Virus record (IMG/VR): IMGVR_UViG_3300020045_001640
Location: 17,083-81,082 of that record
Source of the DNA: a virus
Lineage: Duplodnaviria; Caudoviricetes
Length of the DNA stretch: 64,000 nucleotides
Direction: 5' to 3' (one strand)
Shown here: one piece after another, positions 45,220 through 53,606 of the stretch
Numbering within the stretch: position 1 is the first letter of the stretch
Layout: every line of letters starts with the position of its first letter
Notes under the pieces: model-generated
The model's input: the letters and a program-made list of their open reading frames with translations, nothing else
What the model was told of the DNA's origin: nothing
The model's database searches: none
Made by a program: the position numbers and the translations under genes

Positions 45220-46668
45220 TTAGATGCGGGGAATTGGTGAGGATTGTGTGATTACTGGGATGGAGAATGTGGGTATATTCACACTGCGACAAAGGTAATT
45301 GAAAGCACAACCTGTTGCGTCCACCATGTCGTCATGATCGTTCCTACTGCCTGTGAAACCTTCAAGCTCTGTAAGGAAAGGCTCAATCCACTCATCTCGT
45401 TGGTCGCCGTATCGTACAATAGAGACTGCCCTTGCTTCAACCATCTGTGCGAAAGGAAGAATACGATTGATCTTGCTACTGTGACCACTCATTTGTGTAG
45501 ATCGGACAATACAACCTTGCTCAGAGAGATACTTGGTAAAGTAGGTGTTGGCAATCTTTCCACCCGCACCTGTATCCCGTTCCAACAACACTGGCACATC
45601 TAAACCGTCTGCGAAGGCTGTATTAGTTATTTCTCTCAACACACCGTCAGTTAGTTTACGGAATGTGTTACAATCTTCAATATAGTAGTGTCCCATCTTA
45701 TCACGAGACATAAGCACACCAGCAGAAGCATCACAATGAGGGTTAGACTCAGATACAACAGATGCAGCAGTATCCCAACCCCTAGCCCTACCAGTCACCT
45801 CTGAGGGTGGGCAAGGTACGAAGTTGAACCATTCTCTACGTATATAGGAATTTCCTTCAGTCACTGCTGTCCAACTACCTTTTAAGAATCTTAACTGGTT
45901 GACACGGCTTTGTGCCATCAAGTCGGCTAAGTACGCTGGGTTGTTCTTGAGAAGAATAGGGTTTGAGTAGATATCCATCGGGATGAAGCGGAAGCTCAGT
46001 GGTCTGAAATCTTCACCAAGCTTGTAACCTTGTCCGTGCTTCTCAAATAACTCTTCTCTTGTATTGCCCCAAAAGATTTTACCAGAGAGGATCACGAACC
46101 AGCGTGTGATATCTTCTGTTCCGGGAAGCGGTACGCCCTCTTCATCAAGGGAAAAGGAAACGAAGTCAAAGAGCCACGATTTACGGGATGGATTACAGGT
46201 ACACATCATGTTCAGCTTACCCTTGAAGCGAACAGCCCGTAAACGGGCGCGCAAGGCAAGGATATCTGCAAGTGTGAACTCTGCGGCCTCATCGACAATG
46301 ATGTTGCTGTATTGTTGGCCCTGGAGTTCTGTCAAGTCTTGAGGCATTGCGTAGAACTTAATCAAAGCGCCATTCGGAAAATGCCACTCCAGTTTTTGTT
46401 CTTTCCACACTGCACCGAAGTGAGAGTAGATGTGCTTGGACTCAGAAACAAGCCCACCCGCACTCTTAAGAAGCGGGTAGGTGAGCCTCACGATCAACAC
46501 GACTGCTGCACTATCTTGAACGTATTTCAACGCCTTGACAAGAGCCATGTGGGACTTACCTCCCCCATTCCCACCCCCTACAACGAGAAGGTCAGTGTCG
46601 AAATCTTGCAAAACCTTTTGTTGTTTTATACTACAAGGGCCAAATGAAAGTCTGTCCTCTTTACTCAT
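45220..46668 (-). CDS. terL: terminase large subunit
   Basis: Walker A GGGNGGGKS, Walker B IIVDEA, TCNP, nuclease GWD...HDDMVDA. Confidence 0.95.
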   Translation of the reverse strand: MSKEDRLSFGPCSIKQQKVLQDFDTDLLVVGGGNGGGKSHMALVKALKYVQDSAAVVLIVRLTYPLLKSAGGLVSESKHIYSHFGAVWKEQKLEWHFPNGALIKFYAMPQDLTELQGQQYSNIIVDEAAEFTLADILALRARLRAVRFKGKLNMMCTCNPSRKSWLFDFVSFSLDEEGVPLPGTEDITRWFVILSGKIFWGNTREELFEKHGQGYKLGEDFRPLSFRFIPMDIYSNPILLKNNPAYLADLMAQSRVNQLRFLKGSWTAVTEGNSYIRREWFNFVPCPPSEVTGRARGWDTAASVVSESNPHCDASAGVLMSRDKMGHYYIEDCNTFRKLTDGVLREITNTAFADGLDVPVLLERDTGAGGKIANTYFTKYLSEQGCIVRSTQMSGHSSKINRILPFAQMVEARAVSIVRYGDQRDEWIEPFLTELEGFTGSRNDHDDMVDATGCAFNYLCRSVNIPTFSIPVITQSSPIPRI

Positions 46669-46679
46669 TTACTCTCCAA

Positions 46680-47843
46680 CTATTTGTACACCTCGGCCTC
46701 AACTATAGAAAACAGTGTGTGGTTATCTGCCTCTACAAAGCACTCTGTGCTTCCGTTGTACTTCATAGAGGGGTTATCATATAAGCTGCGCAGCTTTTGC
46801 AATATCAGTGTTTCAGCGTCAGAACAATCTTTACCGTTTGAAAAGTCGTAAGTTTTTACCACCTCGAAATGAAACCCAGAATCCTTATTAATCTCTTTGA
46901 TTCTGACAGAAGGCTCTCGGTTAGTGATCCCTACTTTTGTAATGCTCCCGCAGCTTAAAACATACAACATTGCAGGCTTCTCAAAATTAAAGCCGTACTC
47001 GGCGCAATAAGAACACCCATGACCTGCTAAGTGTTTAGAAGCTTTTACACTCCAGTAATTCCCACAAGACGCACAGCCAATATCTACTCTACCCAGTGCC
47101 TTAGTGTATTCAACCCTGTCATAGAGAAATTTACCATCTCCGTGTTTAGCCTTACTCGACTTGATAAAGTCTTCTGTACTGTTTCTGAGGTTAAATCCAC
47201 GTTGGTTACTGGCACAAATTGCGCACCCAAAGCCGGACTTGTGCCCAGATGGTGTCTGCTTAAAGTCTACACCACAGGTACGGCAACCAATTACTACGTA
47301 CTCCGTGGACAACGTGTATTTAACTTTGGAGTAGTCATACTTATCTCCGTGTATGGCTACACTCTCTGCAATGAAATCTGAAGCGGCTCGGCTTTGTTTA
47401 GCTTTACCTCTTGTATCTCCAAAACACAAAGGACAACCTGCCCCTCGGAAGTGCTCTGCTGGAGTTTGTGTAAACTCTCCGTGTTTCTCACATATAATTG
47501 TGACCTTCTGGTTAGTCGTTGTGTATTTCGATAAGCTATAATCGTAACGATCCCCATGTGCCGCAGCACATCTTGCCAAGAAAGATTCAGCAGAATGCTT
47601 TCTATACTGTCCTTGGCGCTTCTTCCCGCAAGAGGGACAACCTCTACCCGTCAAGTTGTGGTTCGGCTTCTGCTTAAACCAAGCACCGCATACTAGACAA
47701 CCGATATCTACATGCAGTTTAGAGTGTATATAGTCTACTTTAGAATAGTCTAGAATACCTTCTCCATGTAGTGCAATCGACTTTTGGATAAAGGCTTCTG
47801 TGTTACAGGAATTTCCATTAATACCGTGAACAACATCATGCAT
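46680..47843 (-). CDS. DUF723/CapR-like repeats (x4) + T5orf172-like nuclease
   Basis: Four Zn-ribbon repeats; KVGITNR...YNGSTECF; ATG 47843 after GGGAGG. Confidence 0.8.
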   Translation of the reverse strand: MHDVVHGINGNSCNTEAFIQKSIALHGEGILDYSKVDYIHSKLHVDIGCLVCGAWFKQKPNHNLTGRGCPSCGKKRQGQYRKHSAESFLARCAAAHGDRYDYSLSKYTTTNQKVTIICEKHGEFTQTPAEHFRGAGCPLCFGDTRGKAKQSRAASDFIAESVAIHGDKYDYSKVKYTLSTEYVVIGCRTCGVDFKQTPSGHKSGFGCAICASNQRGFNLRNSTEDFIKSSKAKHGDGKFLYDRVEYTKALGRVDIGCASCGNYWSVKASKHLAGHGCSYCAEYGFNFEKPAMLYVLSCGSITKVGITNREPSVRIKEINKDSGFHFEVVKTYDFSNGKDCSDAETLILQKLRSLYDNPSMKYNGSTECFVEADNHTLFSIVEAEVYK

Positions 47844-47850
47844 TGCAAAC

Positions 47851-47931
47851 CCTCCCAAGGGCTGTTAATAAATCTTCTTACGGCAAAGCACAAGACGCCT
47901 TGGGAGGTGCCCATCCTGTACCTTGCCGTAA
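47851..47931 (-). promoter_or_regulatory. putative RBS-sequestering pseudoknot
   Basis: Crossing perfect pairings 47851-60/47898-907 (10 bp, includes the SD) and 47878-86/47923-31 (9 bp). Confidence 0.55.
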
Positions 47932-48221
47932 ACAGACTTCAAATTGCATCCCCGGCACGCTTCCTCCAAGATGCTGTGACTCCAACCTCTGAGTCCTCTC
48001 TCCACTTGTGACACCCTTACGAGTGCCCTTCAACAACCCTTATCGTCGGCATTATCGCCATTACAAGGGATTGTGCTGAATACTTACATTGTTTCTATAC
48101 CTTGTTTCATAGCTTCCCCTTTGTTATACTACAAATAAAACTCTTAGAGGACTCACCTCAACCTAAGCTTAATATAGGAGAGGATACGCTACAAAGGGAG
48201 GGAGTCTTCTAAGAATTCTAA

Positions 48222-48297
48222 TGGTGCCGTTGAGAGAAATCGAATCCCTGACATCCAGATTACAAATCTGGCGCTCTACCAACTGAGCTACAACGGC
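48222..48297 (-). tRNA. trnT: tRNA-Thr (UGU), 76 nt, CCA encoded
   Basis: GCCGTTG/CAACGGC acceptor stem, GCTC/GAGC D stem, CCAGA-TTTGTAA-TCTGG anticodon arm, TTCGATT T loop, ACCA end. Confidence 0.95.
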
Positions 48298-48552
48298 AAT
48301 AATGCTGTCTTTCCAGCCGTCACACAATACACTCCAAGCATTGCACTTGAGCTATTGTGACGGGCAACTATGTAAGTCGCCTTCTAGTACACCTGTAAGT
48401 GCTGTTAGACCTCCAGTACAGGGTACTATCCAACATGTCTCGCAGATCGTGTCTGCTAGGGGAGGATTCTTGCTTTGCAGCTCCCTGCACCATAATTTCT
48501 CTGTTCAAGCTCAACAGATGGCTGGTCACTTGGTAGCGAACTTCAGTGATCT

Positions 48553-48888
48553 TTATGACACATCCTGAATCGTAGAGAAGTCCACAAGCGGCATATTACT
48601 CCCACCACCCTCATTCGGCCTCACACCCTGCAACTTCACAGCAGCAATCTTCCGAGTAATCTCATCTCTATCACGCATCTCAGCAGCTTGCAACAGAGCC
48701 TTCATAGCAGCCTCACAAGCAGCCAATGCAAGCTTATCGTCAGTGCTCTCAATAATCTTCTCCAGTCTTGCTAACATCTTTGGAGAGAGGTCTTTGAGTC
48801 CCTTGATAATTTTTGTTAAATCGTGCTGATTGTTGCGGTTAAAGCTAGTCTCTACTGTAGGCTTGTCTTTCTTGACGATGGCTCCCAT
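48553..48888 (-). CDS. putative terminase small subunit
   Basis: 111 aa helical protein upstream of terL with its own promoter; AGGAG RBS. Confidence 0.6.
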   Translation of the reverse strand: MGAIVKKDKPTVETSFNRNNQHDLTKIIKGLKDLSPKMLARLEKIIESTDDKLALAACEAAMKALLQAAEMRDRDEITRKIAAVKLQGVRPNEGGGSNMPLVDFSTIQDVS

Positions 48889-48910
48889 GTGTTGCTCTCC
48901 TGCTTTCTTC

Positions 48911-48950
48911 TAATGTTGCGCAGTATAACCTCTTAGAAGAGTTTTGTCAA
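48911..48950 (-). promoter_or_regulatory. promoter of the terS-tRNA-terL unit
   Basis: TTGACA-17bp-TATACT then GCGCAACATTA. Confidence 0.8.
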
Positions 48951-49210
48951 GAGGGCTACAATTTGCACTAAGCCATGCAACACTCAAACAAGAAGTCTCG
49001 CACAATTCAAGATGAAGTGTTTGAGGCTCTTTAACAGCCTTGTTGAAGTTGTTCCAGTAATCTTTTAGGTTGTCATTCATTTCTGTCACAAGTTCTCTAT
49101 AGAAAAGTTATCCACAGGCAGACAAGCCTGTAGCCCTTGGTTGCACAAATAACGGGCAACATAAGATACACCAAAATAGTTTTAGCATATCTATAAGAGG
49201 ATATTATAAG

Positions 49211-49756
49211 TTATTTCTCAACCTCTGTATCAAATGCTGTAGACAATACACGCAAGTAATGAGCTAGTCTGTAACAATGTGCTTCACTGTGTCCAGTGTA
49301 TTCCCGAATAGTATGCACGTTAATCTCATCTAAGTCACGTAACATACAGAACAACACACCTTTGTTGATGAAATTCTTACCACCTTCACCAAGAGACGTT
49401 GTACCTGTCATCAAGTCTTCTAAGATAGGATGTTCTTCAATAGCATCACTGTACATCATAAAATCCTTCAAGTAAACGTTATTCGGATTGCTTTTGTTCT
49501 TCCATGACTTCGTACCGGCATTCTCAGAGCCACCATAAACAGGTGCTGGAATTCTCATCCATGATGGTTCTTCTGACACAATACCATTAGTTTCACCTAC
49601 TGGCAACGCCTTAGCTTTTGTCATAGGCTTCACGACAGGATACTTATGTGGCTTAATCTCACCTATAGCAACACAAATACGTGCATCAACAATCTCACCA
49701 CTATCCAATTTCATCTGTGTACGGATGTACTTCTTAGGTTTTATAACTTGCCCCAT
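49211..49756 (-). CDS. hypothetical protein (possible C-terminal HTH)
   Basis: 181 aa; GAGG RBS. Confidence 0.65.
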   Translation of the reverse strand: MGQVIKPKKYIRTQMKLDSGEIVDARICVAIGEIKPHKYPVVKPMTKAKALPVGETNGIVSEEPSWMRIPAPVYGGSENAGTKSWKNKSNPNNVYLKDFMMYSDAIEEHPILEDLMTGTTSLGEGGKNFINKGVLFCMLRDLDEINVHTIREYTGHSEAHCYRLAHYLRVLSTAFDTEVEK

Positions 49757-49950
49757 TAATATTCCTCTACTCTGTAATCTGTCAACCATTCTTGTTCACA
49801 CTGCTCAAGCACAGCCCAGTCAGGGCGTCTGTTAGCAAACAAATGTGCAAAGCTCAACAGCTTCTCTATAGACATACGTTCTTCAGGGCAATTCTCTGTT
49901 GCATCCATGTAGCGATCTACAACTTCTTGTTGGGTCTTAGTGAGTAGCAT
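49756..49950 (-). CDS. hypothetical protein
   Basis: TAATG overlap with the next gene. Confidence 0.6.
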   Translation of the reverse strand: MLLTKTQQEVVDRYMDATENCPEERMSIEKLLSFAHLFANRRPDWAVLEQCEQEWLTDYRVEEY

Positions 49951-50197
49951 AATTTATCCTGTATTCAAGTAACTCATATCTTAGCACACAAACTTGAGAA
50001 GCACAAGAGGTCTTGTTAAGACTGTGCAGAACACCTACCCGTAGGGTAAAACCTTGCACAATAACCAACAAGCTACAGAACCAATTCAAGAACAACATCT
50101 TGTTCTCGCTTTCGCTCACCCATATTATTTAAGGTCAAGGGCATCTTGCCAATCCTTGTGCAAGCCCTCTGTGTACACAAGAAAATTGCACAGAAGC

Positions 50198-50226
50198 TTG
50201 ACAGCAACCAACACATGAGCTATTAT
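50198..50226 (+). promoter_or_regulatory. sigma70-like promoter
   Basis: TTGACA-17bp-TATTAT at the strand switch. Confidence 0.7.
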
Positions 50227-50269
50227 CCGTCTTGTGCTGCAACAATGTACACAAACAATTGGAGAAAAC

Positions 50270-50503
50270 ATGAAAGTAGAAATCAACCTAGACGAACACC
50301 AGAAGACACAAGTTGTGCTCACAACATTACAACAAGACTTAGAGATTGTGCAGGAAGCTTATGAAGATTACAGTTGTAACGTTGACTGCAACCTAGATGT
50401 AGAATACAACAACCAGCAAGTAAAGCAATGTAAGAAAGACATTAAGATGCTGAAGAAAGCCATCAACTTTTACTCTGTGAGTCCACCTTATGACAATGTT
50501 TAG
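50270..50503 (+). CDS. hypothetical protein
   Basis: GGAG RBS. Confidence 0.65.
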   Translation: MKVEINLDEHQKTQVVLTTLQQDLEIVQEAYEDYSCNVDCNLDVEYNNQQVKQCKKDIKMLKKAINFYSVSPPYDNV

Positions 50504-50635
50504 AGCAGCATTGCAGACTGTCAAGTATTCTGCTATCATTCTTTACAGCACTATCCGTTGTAAGACTTGTGTAGACTTCTTCGGATCGAGCTACGTTGTG
50601 TATGGAAATGTGGTTCATAAAGTGAGAGGAAAGAA

Positions 50636-51160
50636 ATGACAGCAGGACGCTGTGTAAACTCACAAAGTGTGTCTTGGGGAACTCCTAAGAAACTGGTAGA
50701 GTCTGTTAAAGCTGTGCTTAATAGTATTACTCTTGACCCTTGCTCAAACGAATGGTCTATTGTTGATGCAGATGTGCGATACATTCTACCTGTAGACGGA
50801 CTTACAGAAACTTGGGATTATGCAACAGTGTTTGTGAATCCACCTTACGGTAGAGATAAAGAAAGAGGAACAACAATAAAAGATTGGATACGCAAATGTG
50901 CTGAGGCTTCACTTAAAGGGAGTGAAGTTGTTGCTCTTATACCTGTAGCTACAAATACAACACACTGGAAGGACATTATATTCAAGACAGCTACATCCAT
51001 CTGCTTTCTTTCAGACTCTCGTGTGAAGTTTCTTGAGAATGGCGTTGAAGGTGGGAAAGGTAGTCCAATGGCTTGCTGTGTGGTATATTGGGGAAGTAAC
51101 ATCAGCGGATTTTCCGAAGAGTTCAAACAACACGGCTTTATAATGGAGATTAATAAATGA
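50636..51160 (+). CDS. phage DNA N6-adenine methyltransferase
   Basis: WGTP, LDPC, FVNPPY, LIPVATNT.HW. Confidence 0.85.
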   Translation: MTAGRCVNSQSVSWGTPKKLVESVKAVLNSITLDPCSNEWSIVDADVRYILPVDGLTETWDYATVFVNPPYGRDKERGTTIKDWIRKCAEASLKGSEVVALIPVATNTTHWKDIIFKTATSICFLSDSRVKFLENGVEGGKGSPMACCVVYWGSNISGFSEEFKQHGFIMEINK

Positions 51161-51384
51161 TGGGAACCAACTATTTCATGAACACAAAAGATAAACCCTC
51201 CCACACTAACGTCTTCTACAAAGACCCTGAAGGAAACCTCAACGTAATACGTGCAGACACACTAGACGCCTTGGAAGCTCGCTCCACAGTGATTGATGTG
51301 CTGTCTGAAATGAGCATTCGTAAGAATGGATATGCAGAGCCTATCACGCCTGTGCTGGCATTGATTGTTGGAGGGAAGGGATGA
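51157..51384 (+). CDS. hypothetical protein
   Basis: Coupled ORF with GGAG RBS. Confidence 0.6.
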   Translation: MMGTNYFMNTKDKPSHTNVFYKDPEGNLNVIRADTLDALEARSTVIDVLSEMSIRKNGYAEPITPVLALIVGGKG

Positions 51385-51587
51385 CTGACCTTGATGATTT
51401 TCCTACTGTGGGACTAGCACCATTTGACTTGTGGATGAGTCAACTGTCAATCTATATGATTATTTCAAAGTTTATTGACATACAGGAATTTGGCAGCCTT
51501 GATCGGGAACACTGGAAACAGTATCATGATAATGGGTACACTGTGCGAGAAGCTTTCGAGGAAGACCTTACAGCGTATGGAGACTAA
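51381..51587 (+). CDS. hypothetical protein
   Basis: ATGA overlap. Confidence 0.6.
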   Translation: MTDLDDFPTVGLAPFDLWMSQLSIYMIISKFIDIQEFGSLDREHWKQYHDNGYTVREAFEEDLTAYGD

Positions 51588-51843
51588 ATGACAGATATTC
51601 TTGAACAATTCCTAACAGACCTCTACCGTCGAGAAGAGTATGCAGAATACCTGCCAACAAATAATGAAGGAGAAATTGAATGAAGACATTTTGGAATATT
51701 GTGAAGCTGAATCTTGTGTTTGTGCTGATTGGGCATCTTGTTGGACTTGTCTATAACTTTACAGACTGGCAACTGTACGTGTATATTGTATCTGCTGTAT
51801 TACTTGTGCAGCTACGTGAAGTGACTTTGTTTGAGGAGAAATA

Positions 51844-52083
51844 ATGGCTGAGTATCGAGATATTGTAAATCCGTCATTCCCTGTCTTTTGCTTAGAACTG
51901 GAAGAAGCTTTGAAGGAAGGCTTTGAGATTGATGGATGCAATCTTCCTCATGCGAGCTTTACGTTTTATGAGGCTCACTTGACTAAGAAGGGTGCTAAAG
52001 TTGGTGTTGTGATTAATGTTGTAACAGATCAAGTGGTGCCTAGAGAAGCTGTAAAGCGTGTCGGGAGACAGGCTAAGGTGTAA
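51844..52083 (+). CDS. hypothetical protein
   Basis: GAGGAG RBS. Confidence 0.65.
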   Translation: MAEYRDIVNPSFPVFCLELEEALKEGFEIDGCNLPHASFTFYEAHLTKKGAKVGVVINVVTDQVVPREAVKRVGRQAKV

Positions 52084-52129
52084 GTTGTAAATCGTAGGTA
52101 ATTGTAGTTTAACTTGAAGGAATAAAAAG

Positions 52130-52870
52130 ATGAAACGTAAGCCTCGTGTTGCGCCATACAAGGATGAAGCTGTTGAACGTCGAATCAAAGGCAAGTTTTT
52201 GGAGGAACGTGTTGAGCGCATACAGCAGAAGCCTCTTGTAGCGATGAATGAGCGTCAAGCAGAATATATTGACTCAATCATGAAGAATGACCTCACCATA
52301 GCGACTGGGTATGCGGGTTCCAGCAAGACGTATATCCCCTCAATCATTGCGGCTGATGCTCTGCTGAAAGGTGAAATCTCTAAGATTTATCTGTGTCGCC
52401 CAAACGTTTCCAACTCGCAGAGTCTTGGCTTCTTTAGTGGTGATGCTGACACCAAACTTATGAACTGGCTTCTGCCACTTATTAGTGTGATTCGTAGTCG
52501 CATGGGCACTGTGGAGTTTGAGCTTGCTTTGAAGGAAAAGAATATCGAGCTTGTTCCGTTGGAAACGATCAAGGGAATGAGTTTTGGTAAGGGGAGTATG
52601 GTACTCGTTGATGAGGCAGAAGACCTTACGATTGACGAGGTTAAATGTGTGACTACTCGTGCTGGTGGTGCGAAAATGGTGCTGATGGGCGACACTCGAC
52701 AAAGTATGCTTCACGAAGATAGTGGTCTTGCAATCTTCTACAGTATTGTGCAGAACTCTCCACGCCTCCGTGACCAGATTGGGCACATTTGTTTTGACGA
52801 GTATTCTCACATTGTTCGTAGTGCCTTGTGCAAGAATCTGATTATTGAATTTGATCGTGCGGGGTACTGA
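52130..52870 (+). CDS. phoH: PhoH-like ATPase
   Basis: GYAGSSKT, RPNV, LGFFSGD, KGMSF, VDEAED, GDTRQ, IVRS. Confidence 0.9.
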   Translation: MKRKPRVAPYKDEAVERRIKGKFLEERVERIQQKPLVAMNERQAEYIDSIMKNDLTIATGYAGSSKTYIPSIIAADALLKGEISKIYLCRPNVSNSQSLGFFSGDADTKLMNWLLPLISVIRSRMGTVEFELALKEKNIELVPLETIKGMSFGKGSMVLVDEAEDLTIDEVKCVTTRAGGAKMVLMGDTRQSMLHEDSGLAIFYSIVQNSPRLRDQIGHICFDEYSHIVRSALCKNLIIEFDRAGY

Positions 52871-53598
52871 TGGGCACATATAAAGATATTACAGGAGAAA
52901 GCTTTGGTAGGTTGACCGCTATTCGGGATGTTGGCTCAGACAAGGGTAAGAATCGTTTGTGGTTATTCAATTGTAGTTGCGGAGGTTCAGTTGAAGTACA
53001 GTCTAGGAGTGTACGAAACGGGAATACAAAATCTTGTGGGTGTTTAAAAAGAGAAGTTACCAGTCAGCGTATGACTACTCATGGACTCACAAAAGACAAA
53101 CTCAGTAAGAAAGTCTACATTGCATGGAATGACATTAAGCGACGCTGTTACGACGAGAATCACAATGAGTACAAGCGGTATGGTGCTTTAGGGATAACTC
53201 TGCAAGACTCATGGCTTGATGATCCTGTGGCATTTCGGGATTACGTTTCTGCACTACCAAACTTCTCTTCAAAGATGAGTATTGATCGTGTTGATAATGA
53301 TCTTGGTTACAAGGAAGGGAATCTTCGGTGGGCTACCGATGCTCAACAGACTCGTAATCAAGGCAAGCAAGAGAACAATACTTCAGGCTTCTCTGGCGTA
53401 ACTTGGTATGAGAATGCCACCGGAGGTACTCGTGCAATTGCTTGGTGGTATGTTGGAGAGAAAGCTAAAAGTAAGTCATTCTCTGAAAAGAAACACGGGC
53501 TTCTGCCAGCCTTCGCTAAAGCTTGTGAATACCGGACGAAGATGATTGCAGAATTGAATGCAAGTGGTTACGACTACTCTGACAAACACGGTAAATAA
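52870..53598 (+). CDS. HNH homing endonuclease with AP2-like C-terminus
   Basis: WLFNCSCG, KSCGC, SIDRVDNDLGY..GNLRWAT. Confidence 0.85.
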   Translation: MGTYKDITGESFGRLTAIRDVGSDKGKNRLWLFNCSCGGSVEVQSRSVRNGNTKSCGCLKREVTSQRMTTHGLTKDKLSKKVYIAWNDIKRRCYDENHNEYKRYGALGITLQDSWLDDPVAFRDYVSALPNFSSKMSIDRVDNDLGYKEGNLRWATDAQQTRNQGKQENNTSGFSGVTWYENATGGTRAIAWWYVGEKAKSKSFSEKKHGLLPAFAKACEYRTKMIAELNASGYDYSDKHGK

Positions 53599-53606
53599 GG
53601 AGCAAC

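Noticed and set aside
45220-46668. Intein or intron in terL, portal or capsid genes
   Set aside because: Lengths are normal, motifs are continuous, and no intein splice motifs are seen.
47880-47931. c-di-GMP-II or other known riboswitch
   Set aside because: GGGCAC/GTGC resemble it only superficially; the conserved flanking elements and kink-turn are not seen.
48200-48222. Theta (HDV-like) ribozyme after the tRNA
   Set aside because: The sequence after CCA begins TTAGAATTC and I could not build the nested double pseudoknot.
48531-48545. GTTCGCTACCA as a tRNA 3' remnant
   Set aside because: No acceptor, T or anticodon stems can be built around it.
49108-49116. Lone TTATCCACA upstream of the terS promoter
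   Set aside because: A single 9-mer could be chance and is not clustered. It matters only if DnaA binding is shown at the main cluster.
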